64,000 nucleotides of DNA from Alphaproteobacteria bacterium (GTDB taxonomy: Bacteria > Pseudomonadota > Alphaproteobacteria > Rhizobiales > BM303): the NCBI GenBank assembly GCA_024275895.1, contig JAJRYE010000035.1, forward strand, positions 4,667 through 68,666. The letters run 5' to 3'. A model generated the notes under the pieces. The model ran no database searches. It saw only the letters and a list, made by a program, of their open reading frames with translations, and was not told where the DNA came from. This document shows, one piece after another, positions 1 through 8,202 of the stretch; the first letter of the stretch is position 1, and each line of letters begins with the position of its first letter. The translations under genes and the position numbers were made by a program.

Positions 1-681
1 ACCAACGGCCCCGAAGCCGATACATTGGTGGTGTACGCCAAAACCGATCTGAAAGCGGGCCCCAGGGGCATCACTACCTTTATCGTTGAAAAAGGCTTCA
101 AGGGCTTTTCCACGGCGCAAAAGCTCGACAAGCTGGGTATGCGCGGCTCTGATACCTGCGAGCTGGTTTTTAGCGATTGCGAAGTGCCGGAGGAAAATAT
201 TCTCGGGCAGCCTGGCGGCGGCGTCAATGTGCTGATGTCGGGGCTTGATTATGAGCGCGCCGTGCTGGCCGCCGGGCCTTTGGGCATTATGCAGGCCTGC
301 ATGGATATCGTGATCCCCTATATTCATGACCGCAAGCAGTTTGGCGCGCCGATTGGCACATTCCAGCTCATGCAGGGCAAGATCGCCGATATGTACACCG
401 CCATGAACGCGGCGCGCGCCTATGTGTACACGGTGGCCAGAGCCTGTGATGCGGGCAAGACCTCGCGCAAGGACGCCGCCGGGGCTATTTTGCTGGCGGC
501 GGAAAAGGCGACATGGATGGCGCTTGAGGCCATTCAATGCCTGGGTGGCAATGGCTATATCAATGAATTTGCCACCGGGCGGTTGCTGCGCGATGCCAAA
601 CTTTATGAAATCGGCGCCGGGACATCGGAAATCCGCCGCTGGCTGATCGGGCGTGAATTATTCAGGGAATCAGGCTCATGA
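1..681 (+). CDS. ivd: isovaleryl-CoA dehydrogenase-like acyl-CoA dehydrogenase (C-terminal part; 5' end lies outside the window)
   Basis: Frame 1 is open from base 1. The translation ([35 protein letters not shown] ... [12 protein letters not shown]) has the middle and C-terminal domain motifs of FAD acyl-CoA dehydrogenases and an IVD/LiuA-like pattern. Stop TGA at 679-681. Confidence 0.85.
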   Translation, partial: TNGPEADTLVVYAKTDLKAGPRGITTFIVEKGFKGFSTAQKLDKLGMRGSDTCELVFSDCEVPEENILGQPGGGVNVLMSGLDYERAVLAAGPLGIMQACMDIVIPYIHDRKQFGAPIGTFQLMQGKIADMYTAMNAARAYVYTVARACDAGKTSRKDAAGAILLAAEKATWMALEAIQCLGGNGYINEFATGRLLRDAKLYEIGAGTSEIRRWLIGRELFRESGS

Positions 682-1121
682 AAAAATATCTCCTAACCGG
701 TTTCTTGTTCCTGTTGGGTTTTGCCGGCGCGGCGCCACTTCAGGCCGCCAGCGTAAACGAATGTATACCGCAAAGCGAAAACGGTCTGTCCTGCCTTGGC
801 GAGGTAACGAGATCCTGTCTCGCGACCGAGAAAAATCCGGTCGATGACATCGTGCATGAATGCTACCAGAACGAATATGTCCAGTGGAACCAGATTGTCA
901 TCAAGGCGGGGCGAAGCCTGAAAAACCGCCTGAAAGGCGATGCGCTCGGCACCTTCAAGGCGGCGCAAAAGGCCTGGGAGCTCTACCGCACCAAATCCTG
1001 CCGTCTGCCATATCAGGTCATGCAGGGCCGGGCGGCGCTTCTTGCCGGCCTGAGCTGCAACCGCAACCTCACCGCGCGCCGCGCCCTTGACCTGTTGCAA
1101 TTTCAAAAGGCGCTGAAGTAG
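678..1121 (+). CDS. secreted DUF1311/LprI-like protein
   Basis: The ATG overlaps the ivd stop (ATGA). Signal peptide [19 protein letters not shown]. The mature part has the Cys-containing helical pattern ([21 protein letters not shown]) I associate with DUF1311. Confidence 0.6.
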   Translation: MKKYLLTGFLFLLGFAGAAPLQAASVNECIPQSENGLSCLGEVTRSCLATEKNPVDDIVHECYQNEYVQWNQIVIKAGRSLKNRLKGDALGTFKAAQKAWELYRTKSCRLPYQVMQGRAALLAGLSCNRNLTARRALDLLQFQKALK

Positions 1122-1125
1122 AAGC

Positions 1126-1144
1126 GGCGCAATGTTATTGCGCC
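1126..1144. terminator. hairpin between convergent genes
   Basis: GGCGCAAT-gtt-ATTGCGCC is a perfect 8-bp stem, followed by a second small stem CCCTG-cggat-CAGGG. There is no clear U tract, so this is only a candidate bidirectional terminator. Confidence 0.35.
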
Positions 1145-1200
1145 CTGCGGATCAGGGCGGGTTACAGGCGCAATAGCGAAGCGTAGTACGCCTGGCGGCG

Positions 1201-2304
1201 TTAAAGCAAAAAGCCGCGCTCCATGGCTTTGAAGCCTGCGAAGGCACCGGCGATGATGGAGAGCAGGGCGAGGACGGAGCCGAGCGCGAGGGTGGAGACG
1301 CCGCTCATGCCCTGGCCCACCGTGCAGCCCAGTGCCGTTACGCCGCCGACCCCCATCAGCACCGCGCCCATGAAATGGCGTACCAGATCGTTTTTATCGA
1401 CAAAGCTGTTGATTCTGAACTCCCCGACAAGGAGCGAGGAAACAAAGGCGCCGAGAATCATGCCAAAAACCGTTGCAATGCCGAAATTAATCACCGAGCC
1501 GGTCCAGGTCATGAGATATTGTATGGTCTGGCCGGTTGGCGCGATGAAGGTGAGGGACATGAGTTGCACCGGCTCAAATTCATCCGCCCCCAATACGCCC
1601 GTGGCCCACCACCCGGCTCCAATCAGAACACCGATGGCGATACCGGCAAACAGATGAGTACCTGATTTGCGAAAGCCCTTATCGGAGAAACAAAAGACGA
1701 GCATGGCCAGAACAACGATGCTGCTTGCCGTCACAACCGAGGCGGAGGCGGAAAGCCCCGAGATTTTGGCGACAATGCCGCTCAGGCCGGTATTGGCAAG
1801 CGAGAAGGCGCCCATATCGACAGAGGCCAGGCCATTGAGCCAGACACGCGCCGGCGCGATAATCCCGCGCAGAGTCATATAGGCGGAAAATCCGACAATG
1901 AGAACCACGACCAGAGCTTTAAGGTCGCCGCCGCCGACCCGGATCAGATTGCGCGCGCCGCAACCGCTGGCGAATACCATGCCGATGCCGAACATCACCC
2001 CGCCGATGATAAAGGCGAGCCAGTTGAAGGACGAGCCCAGATAGATCGACTGGTTGATGTCGAGATACTGGAAATAATGCATCCCCTGCACCCCGGCGAT
2101 GGCGATGGCGATGGCCAGCATCCAGGCGCGGAAACGGTGCCAGTTGCCAAAGGCGTTGATATCGGACAAGGCTCCCATGGTGCAAAAATTAGTCCGGTGC
2201 ATAACAGCGCCCAGCAGCGCCCCGATAATAACCCCGGCGATGGAAACCCGCAGCCACACATCGCTTTCCATAATCGCGCCCCACATCCCGGCCTGATCAT
2301 CCAT
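1201..2304 (-). CDS. YeeE/YedE family (thiosulfate/sulfur-compound) transporter
   Basis: Polytopic membrane protein with the three conserved Cys motifs FCTMGA, ASGCGARN and LGCTVGQG. I place the start at the ATG at 2304 (MDDQAG), preceded by GGGGGAGAG, rather than at the track start 2448. Confidence 0.85.
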   Translation of the reverse strand: MDDQAGMWGAIMESDVWLRVSIAGVIIGALLGAVMHRTNFCTMGALSDINAFGNWHRFRAWMLAIAIAIAGVQGMHYFQYLDINQSIYLGSSFNWLAFIIGGVMFGIGMVFASGCGARNLIRVGGGDLKALVVVLIVGFSAYMTLRGIIAPARVWLNGLASVDMGAFSLANTGLSGIVAKISGLSASASVVTASSIVVLAMLVFCFSDKGFRKSGTHLFAGIAIGVLIGAGWWATGVLGADEFEPVQLMSLTFIAPTGQTIQYLMTWTGSVINFGIATVFGMILGAFVSSLLVGEFRINSFVDKNDLVRHFMGAVLMGVGGVTALGCTVGQGMSGVSTLALGSVLALLSIIAGAFAGFKAMERGFLL

Positions 2305-2462
2305 AGGTCTCTCCCCCTGCAGTTTGTTGTTGCGAGCCGTTGTTCTGGCATATTTTAGCTGATTTGAGAACAGGATTTGAATGCATACAAGAAGCTGATT
2401 CAGGCAATGGCAAGGTTTTTCAGCCATATTGGCGTTGTCATTGAACAAAGGGACGGCAGATA

Positions 2463-3485
2463 ATGAGCAAAATCATGCACAAACCGGATATCGAAGCGAT
2501 AAAATCCAGCCGGATCATTCGGGCCGCGGATGTCCGCAAGCTTCGCAGTGAGGTTTTTGCCGATGGTGTTGTTTTGGCTGATGAAGCGGATATTCTGTTT
2601 GAGTTGAATGATTACTGTAATGAGCCATGCCCGGAATGGTCGGTTTTTTTCATCGAATCGCTGACGGATTTTCTGGTGCATCAGGTCTCGCCGCGTGGCT
2701 ATATCAGCGAGGAAAATGCCGGCTGGCTGATCAGGCGCATCAGCCATGATGGCAAGCTGGAAAGCGCAACCGAGCTTGAATTGCTGGTCAATGTTATTGA
2801 AAAAGCCAGATCCTGCCCGGCTGCTCTGGTTACTTTTGCGCTTGACCAGGTCGGGGGCGCGGTTCTGGAGGGCAACAGCTTGTTGCGCCGCGGCAAGGCG
2901 CTTACCCCCGGCGTAATCGGTGAGCCGGAAGTCGAACTTATCCGCCGCATTCTTTATGGCTTTGGCGGCGATGGCCATATTGCCATAACGAGGCCGGAAG
3001 CGGAGATGCTGTTTGCATTGAACGACGCCACCATCGAGGAGAAAAATTCACCTCTGTGGTCGGATCTTTTCGTCAAGGGCATTGCCAATTATCTGATGGC
3101 GCATTCGGGCTATGAGGTCCCGCCGCGGCATCAGGCGCTCAAGCGCGAGGGCTGGCTTGAGGGCCGCCGCGGCACCGGCGGATTTCTGGCGGAAATGAAA
3201 AATGTCAAGCGCGCAGATTTCTCCAGCGTCCTGATTTCCGGCCTGCGTGATATCTTTGATATGTATGGCCGCCCCGAAAATGAAACCGCAAGAGCGCGTA
3301 ATGTCGCCTATGAACAGGGGGTAGGCAAGGCGCAAATTATCGATGCGCATGAGGCGGGCTGGCTGATCGAAAACCTTGAGCGCGATGGAAAAATGCACCG
3401 GAACGAAAAGGCGCTGCTGTCATTTATTCGCGAGGAATGCCCCGATATTCACCCCTCTTTGAGCCGCCATGTTTCCGGCGCCTGA
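2463..3485 (+). CDS. conserved hypothetical protein with internal helical repeats
   Basis: Clean 340-aa ORF with normal codon bias. Repeated segments of the type EENAGWLIRRISHDGKLESATELELL / AHEAGWLIENLERDGKMHRNEKALL, and ADEADILFELND / RPEAEMLFALND. I cannot assign a family with confidence. Confidence 0.6.
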   Translation: MSKIMHKPDIEAIKSSRIIRAADVRKLRSEVFADGVVLADEADILFELNDYCNEPCPEWSVFFIESLTDFLVHQVSPRGYISEENAGWLIRRISHDGKLESATELELLVNVIEKARSCPAALVTFALDQVGGAVLEGNSLLRRGKALTPGVIGEPEVELIRRILYGFGGDGHIAITRPEAEMLFALNDATIEEKNSPLWSDLFVKGIANYLMAHSGYEVPPRHQALKREGWLEGRRGTGGFLAEMKNVKRADFSSVLISGLRDIFDMYGRPENETARARNVAYEQGVGKAQIIDAHEAGWLIENLERDGKMHRNEKALLSFIREECPDIHPSLSRHVSGA

Positions 3486-4055
3486 TCAGATCACCTGACC
3501 GGGGGCGTCCTCGATCATGAATCCAAGGATTTTCCATGCGCCGTCAGATTGTTTCTGCATGGTGAAATAGGCCATCCACAACCGGCCCGAAGGGCTGGTC
3601 AGCAACATCCGCTGTCTGGGGTCGCCGCTACCCGTGTCGAGCCCGTCCAGCCGTTCGATTGTGGACGTTGTGATCAGACTGTAGATGTCACCGAGATTGT
3701 TCAGGAAATTATCGGCCGAGCCGTATTCCGATCTGGCGAGCGGTGCGGCCAGATTATAGGCTGTTTCCGCGTCGTTGTTCTCAAAGGCCTTGAGTTGTTC
3801 AATGACCGCTTCGGCAATCCGTTTGCGGTCCGAGGCTCTGATGTTGAAATTTGCGCGCGCTTGCTTTGTCCCGGCGGCGGAGCTGAAACTTGGCGTATAT
3901 GAAGCTTTTTGGACATCAACCGGAAGCAGCATATCCGATTTTGCAACGCCGTAGACCTCATTTTCTGGCTGACAGGCGGAAAATGCCAGAGTCGCCGTCA
4001 TCATCAAACCGCCAAGGATACATGCGCCCAGAGTGTGTCTTGCCAGCGGTGTCAT
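3486..4055 (-). CDS. DUF4864-like (NTF2-fold) lipoprotein
   Basis: ATG at 4055 preceded by AAGGAG. Lipobox LAFSAC. The C-terminal pattern RLWMAYFTMQKQSDGAWKILGF is typical of DUF4864/NTF2-like proteins. Confidence 0.65.
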   Translation of the reverse strand: MTPLARHTLGACILGGLMMTATLAFSACQPENEVYGVAKSDMLLPVDVQKASYTPSFSSAAGTKQARANFNIRASDRKRIAEAVIEQLKAFENNDAETAYNLAAPLARSEYGSADNFLNNLGDIYSLITTSTIERLDGLDTGSGDPRQRMLLTSPSGRLWMAYFTMQKQSDGAWKILGFMIEDAPGQVI

Positions 4056-4094
4056 TTTCTCGCTCCTTGTTTTGATAAGGAGCACCATGACATA

Positions 4095-5033
4095 TCACTC
4101 TTGAGGCAAGGCTGAATGGCTTGTTATTTTCTGTTCATCTTCGATTTGCCCCGGCTTTGAGGTTTCAATCTGGACGGTGGCGTGATTGATGCTGAATTTT
4201 TCGCGCAATCTGTTTTTGATGGCGAACAGAACCTGGTTATGGTCGGTATTGGCATGAACCCTGGCATGCAAGGTGGCGAGGGTATCATCCTCGGTCAGCA
4301 TCCAGACATGAACATGATGCACATTGTCGATCCCCTTTACATGCCCGAGCAGGTCCTTCACAACCGCCTGCAAATCCAGCTTGACCGGCGCACCTTCAAG
4401 CAGAATATGCGCCGACTGGGTGGAAAGTATCCAGCCGCTCCGGATGAGAAGCAAGGCGACCACTATGGAGAGCAGCGGATCGGCGATCACCCAGTCAAAC
4501 GCCCAGATCATGGCGCCGGCGAGAAGGGCCGCGACCGAGGCCAGTAAATCTCCCATGATATGAGCCAGCGCGCCGCGCATATTCAAATCCTGATCTTCGG
4601 CGCTCTGGATGAGGTAGAAGGTGACGATATTCACAATCAGCCCGAGAGTGGCGATGATCAGCATCATTTCCCCCATGATCGGGTTGGGATGCATGATCCG
4701 GTCAAAGGATTCCCAGATGATCAGCCCGGCTAGGCCAAACAGCGTGATCCCGTTGGTGAAGGCGGCCAGAATTTGAAAACGGCTATAGCCATAGGTCCGC
4801 TTCGGGTCCGCCGGACGCCGGGCGAAAAAATACGCCACCCAGGTGAGAACCAACGAGGCGGCATCGGTGAGCATATGCGAAGCATCGGCCAGCAGTGCCA
4901 AAGAGCCCGAAATAATGCCGCCTGCGACCTCGACAAGCATGAATGAGGCGACCATGATCAGGGCCATCAGAACCCGTCGTTCATTGGTTGATCCGTGCGC
5001 GCGCCGGTGGTCGTGTTTCAGGAAATCATTCAT
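4095..5033 (-). CDS. cation diffusion facilitator (CzcD/ZitB-like) divalent metal efflux transporter
   Basis: Six TM helices with HxxxD-type motifs (ADASHMLTD, AHIMGDL) and a C-terminal cytoplasmic domain (VHHVHVW). Confidence 0.9.
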   Translation of the reverse strand: MNDFLKHDHRRAHGSTNERRVLMALIMVASFMLVEVAGGIISGSLALLADASHMLTDAASLVLTWVAYFFARRPADPKRTYGYSRFQILAAFTNGITLFGLAGLIIWESFDRIMHPNPIMGEMMLIIATLGLIVNIVTFYLIQSAEDQDLNMRGALAHIMGDLLASVAALLAGAMIWAFDWVIADPLLSIVVALLLIRSGWILSTQSAHILLEGAPVKLDLQAVVKDLLGHVKGIDNVHHVHVWMLTEDDTLATLHARVHANTDHNQVLFAIKNRLREKFSINHATVQIETSKPGQIEDEQKITSHSALPQE

Positions 5034-5100
5034 CAGGGGTTATTTTGCTCGGTTTGGGGAAACAGATTGCCAAGGCAATGCGGGCAGGGCTAGAGTCTGA

Positions 5101-5146
5101 CGTGTTTAAACCGGCACCGGGCCGGTGCCGAATCAGATTAAACACG
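5101..5146. promoter_or_regulatory. composite palindrome in the divergent CDF/usp intergenic region
   Basis: Outer arms CGTGTTTAA (5101-5109) / TTAAACACG (5138-5146) enclose an inner GC stem CGGCACC-gggcc-GGTGCCG. It sits between two divergent starts, so it is not a terminator. It may be an operator or a 5'UTR structure. Confidence 0.3.
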
Positions 5147-5198
5147 ACACCTACCAGACTCGTGCCCAATCCGGCCCAAAATAAGGGAGGCTTGCCCA

Positions 5199-5618
5199 AT
5201 GTTCAACAAAATCCTCGTACCGATCGATCTGGAACATACCGATCCGGGGAGCCGGGCGCTTCCGGCGGCGCTGGAACTGGCGGACAAGCACGGGTCACAG
5301 ATTACCCTGATTCACATCATCCCGATCATTCCGGCCATTGTTGCCCAGAATCTGCCTGAAGGCCATGAGAAAAAGGTTGCGGCGCAATTGAAAGCGGAAC
5401 TGGAGGCGCTGGCCGTTAAATATGCTCTTGCCGCAGATACGCAAATCGAGGTGATCCACGGCGCTGTTTATCCCGAAATTATTCAATGCGCCGAGGATAT
5501 TGAAGCTGATGTCATCATCATGTTCTCGCACCGGCCCGGCCTGAGCGACTATCTTCTGGGCTCTGTTGCCGCGCGCGTCGTGCGCCATGCAAAAAGCTCG
5601 GTTCTCGTGCTGCGCTGA
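5199..5618 (+). CDS. universal stress protein (UspA family)
   Basis: 139 aa with the Usp pattern (ILVPIDL ... DVIIMFSH ... LGSVAARVVRHAKSSVLVLR). AAGGGAGG lies upstream of the ATG. Confidence 0.85.
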   Translation: MFNKILVPIDLEHTDPGSRALPAALELADKHGSQITLIHIIPIIPAIVAQNLPEGHEKKVAAQLKAELEALAVKYALAADTQIEVIHGAVYPEIIQCAEDIEADVIIMFSHRPGLSDYLLGSVAARVVRHAKSSVLVLR

Positions 5619-5637
5619 AACTGCGCACCCGGTTTCT

Positions 5638-6321
5638 TCAATAATAAGGTCGCCCGTTGTAGCGCAACTGGAAAGTGCCGGTCACTTCCATGCCGCGCCA
5701 TCTGCCCGAGCCCTGCACCTGAAATCCGTCGCCGTTACGCGGCGGCAAAAATCTCGCCTGTCTGCCGGGCGCCCGGACATAGTTGACTCGGATGATCCGT
5801 CCGTTGATATAGGTGCGGCATTCCATGGCGATTTGCCGCATTTGCTGGCTGCATTGCCGGACAAAAAGATTGCCGCCGACCATATGCGCCTGCATGATGA
5901 TCCTTGCATAGTCCCCCGTACCGCGCCGGTAAAACCCGATATCATAAAGCGCGGTGCCGGTATTCGCACCGCCAAACGCAAAGCCGTTAAACGGATTTGA
6001 AAAACCTCCATCTGGCGCATATCCCCGGCCAAATCCGGGATTGCCGAAACGGGGAATTGTCATATTCATATCAGGGAAGTTCCGGCCAAAATCCGGCAGA
6101 ACCATCCCGGTACGCGGCAAAGAGCGATTAAAGCCGGGCATGCCCGTTCCGGGACCAAACCCCGGGCCCATGCCCGGAAACCCCGAGCCCATCCCGGGAA
6201 CGCCCGGTGACATCATCGGAAAACCCTGCGCCTGAAGTTTGCCCGAAACCGCAGACAGAAAAACAAACAGGCAAAGCCCGGCGCCATATACTGCCAGTAT
6301 CGGCTTAGGCCGCATTTTCAT
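5638..6321 (-). CDS. secreted Gly/Pro/Met/Phe-rich protein of unknown function
   Basis: I take the ATG at 6321 (MKMRPKPILAVYGAGLCLFVFLSAVSG signal peptide). A low-complexity GFPGMG-type region is followed by a ~100-aa C-terminal domain with two Cys. It overlaps the upstream gene by 17 nt. The long Arg-rich N-terminal extension in the track is rejected. Confidence 0.55.
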   Translation of the reverse strand: MKMRPKPILAVYGAGLCLFVFLSAVSGKLQAQGFPMMSPGVPGMGSGFPGMGPGFGPGTGMPGFNRSLPRTGMVLPDFGRNFPDMNMTIPRFGNPGFGRGYAPDGGFSNPFNGFAFGGANTGTALYDIGFYRRGTGDYARIIMQAHMVGGNLFVRQCSQQMRQIAMECRTYINGRIIRVNYVRAPGRQARFLPPRNGDGFQVQGSGRWRGMEVTGTFQLRYNGRPYY

Positions 6322-7561
6322 CTGCTTTTGGTATGAGCGGCAGCGGGACGGTCGCAGGCGGCGCTGCGGGCGGGGCGCCAAACGGATTTGCCGGCGGTGC
6401 TGCGGGCTTGTTGCCGAACGGGTTTGGCGGCGCGACTGGTTTGCCGCTGAACGGGTTGGGCGGCGCGGCCGGAGCCGGGGTGGAAAATGGATTTGGCGGC
6501 GCAAGCGCTTTTTCCGCATCCAGCGCAGCTACCGTGCAGCGCAGCAATTCGCGAAGCGCGCCATACATACCGTCAAGCTTGAATTTCTGCGAGGCGCCGC
6601 CAAAAGAGATCGCCAGGGTTTTGCCGTTGCGAATCATTTCGAAAAATTCCCGGTTCGATTTGAAAAAGGCGGCATAATGAGTAGGCGAGATAACCTTGGC
6701 CAGCGCTGAAAGTCCGGGTCGGCCATCGACGGAGAAATTAACCCCCATTCTCCGCCCCTTGGTCATGCGCCATTGTGGATGGGTGACGCCGATGGACATG
6801 GCCTTGCTGCGCTCCAGCCCGATAATAAGCTTGCTGCCGCTCTTGTATCTGGCCGACATGGCACAATGGGTGAATTTGCCCTTTTTGTAATAGGCGGCTC
6901 CTTTCCAGTTGCCGGATTTAAAGAGATTCTTGCGATTTGGCAGCGCCGGCCGGGGCGGCGGCGGGGGCACGGAGGGGGTGCCGGCGCCGAACACTCTGTT
7001 GCCGGGCTGGGGCGGCTGGGGCTGGGGTACGGGCGGCGCCGGGGCCGCGATGCGTCTGTTGTTATAGCGGATACCGCTCACGGTGCAGTCCAGCAGGCGG
7101 ATCAGGGCGCGCGATGTTCCCCTCAATGAGTATTTCAAGACGGTCCCGCCCGCCTCGATCGCCAGCCTGCGCCCGCGCCGCATCATGTTGTAAATCCGGC
7201 TGTTGGCCTTGAAAAAGGCGGCAATATGCTGCGGGCGGATAACCTTGGCGGTTGACCACAGGGCGGTTCTGTTGTCGATGCTGATGCGCACCTGCAGCGT
7301 ATTGCCTTTTTTCAGGTTCCAGCTGGGGTGCAAAACCCCCACCGACATGCTTTTGTTGGGCTCCAGGCCAAAAATGAGCTTTGAGCCATTGCGGTATTTT
7401 GCCGACATCTGGCAATGCGAAAATCGCCCCGCCTTGTAATACGCCGTGCCGGTCCAGTTACCCGAACTGAAAGCATAAACCTTGTTGGTTTGTGCCATAA
7501 CATCAGAAGAAACCGCGAAGCTGCCCACCAGGGCCAATAGAGCAAACCCGAATACCTTCAT
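6305..7561 (-). CDS. secreted protein with a tandemly duplicated ~135-aa domain, Pro-rich linker and C-terminal PPNPF repeats
   Basis: ATG at 7561 (MKVFGFALLALVGSFAVSSDVMA signal peptide). The two domains (SGNWTGTAYYKAGRFSHCQMSAKY... and SGNWKGAAYYKKGKFTHCAMSARY...) align at about half of positions by eye. The tail carries 4 NPF motifs. Confidence 0.7.
   Translation of the reverse strand: MKVFGFALLALVGSFAVSSDVMAQTNKVYAFSSGNWTGTAYYKAGRFSHCQMSAKYRNGSKLIFGLEPNKSMSVGVLHPSWNLKKGNTLQVRISIDNRTALWSTAKVIRPQHIAAFFKANSRIYNMMRRGRRLAIEAGGTVLKYSLRGTSRALIRLLDCTVSGIRYNNRRIAAPAPPVPQPQPPQPGNRVFGAGTPSVPPPPPRPALPNRKNLFKSGNWKGAAYYKKGKFTHCAMSARYKSGSKLIIGLERSKAMSIGVTHPQWRMTKGRRMGVNFSVDGRPGLSALAKVISPTHYAAFFKSNREFFEMIRNGKTLAISFGGASQKFKLDGMYGALRELLRCTVAALDAEKALAPPNPFSTPAPAAPPNPFSGKPVAPPNPFGNKPAAPPANPFGAPPAAPPATVPLPLIPKADENAA
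6380..6505 (-). repeat. in-frame tandem repeats encoding 4 x (A)PP(A)NPF
   Basis: APPNPFSTPAPA / APPNPFSGKPV / APPNPFGNKPA / APPANPF. The DNA shows a repeated GAA(C/A)GG(G/A)TT(T/G)GGCGGCGC on the plus strand. Confidence 0.75.
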
Positions 7562-7634
7562 AATACTGCCTCTGTCGTTTTTATCTTCGTAAGGATATGC
7601 CGGATCCTCGCGATTCCCCAAGTCAAAATGACCG

Positions 7635-8063
7635 TTATTTTACCCGTGACCACATCTGGCTTTTGCAAAAAACACGGGCAACGCAGCCTTCCATGCGAAC
7701 CTTGCTGCCCGAGATCACGGTTACAAATCCGGCATAAATCTTGCCGTCTTCCGGGTTGTATAGCTTGCCGGCCCAGCGATTGGCCTTGTCCTTTTTCAGA
7801 CCATACATCAGATTAATGCCAAGGATTTTGCGTTTGCGCAGCTTGGGATTCTTGTTTTTGCTATCAAGCTCCGCTGGATTTTTACGTTTTATGACCTTGC
7901 CGCAAAGTTTGCCGCCGCACTTGTAAAACCTGACATGCGAGCCCGACTTTGTCAGCCAGACGCCGAGCGCCTGCTCTGCCGTGGCGGCCTGAAGGATCGG
8001 CGCGGCAGAAATCATGAAAACAAAACTCACAGCGCTCAGACTGACCACAACGGCTTTTTTCAT
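7635..8063 (-). CDS. DUF2147 domain-containing secreted protein
   Basis: Signal peptide, then GVWLTKSGSHVRFYKCGGKLCGKV ... NPKLRKRKILG ... WAGKLYNPEDGKIY ... GCV..FCKSQMWSRV, which fits the DUF2147 pattern. GGGAGG lies upstream of the ATG. Confidence 0.8.
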   Translation of the reverse strand: MKKAVVVSLSAVSFVFMISAAPILQAATAEQALGVWLTKSGSHVRFYKCGGKLCGKVIKRKNPAELDSKNKNPKLRKRKILGINLMYGLKKDKANRWAGKLYNPEDGKIYAGFVTVISGSKVRMEGCVARVFCKSQMWSRVK

Positions 8064-8202
8064 TTTTCCGCCTCCCGCATGCTTCGCACTAAAAAAGCCT
8101 GGCTGTTTTCAGATTGGAGCAGGTAAAAAATCAGGTTACGCCGGATTGAAGAAGGACCCGTCACCAGCCGGGCCGGTGATAAACGCCCTTATCCGGTTTG
8201 TG

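Noticed and set aside
2305-2448. 48-codon extension of the YeeE/YedE ORF. The same applies to 11985..12143 on ppk2, 22094..22216 on moeA, 28412..28447 on gph, 29255..29281 on rpe and 30401..30508 on fba
   Set aside because: In each case an internal ATG with a Shine-Dalgarno-like sequence matches the conserved family N-terminus. The extensions have no homology-like features.
6322-6519. Arg-rich 66-codon extension of ORF 5638..6519
   Set aside because: It overlaps the real C-terminus of the upstream gene in another frame. A signal peptide begins at the internal ATG at 6321.
6305-7561. Naming the duplicated-domain secreted protein as an IalB-family invasion protein
   Set aside because: There is only a vague resemblance (secreted, W...C pattern), and I cannot verify it without a profile search. 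The family is left unassigned.
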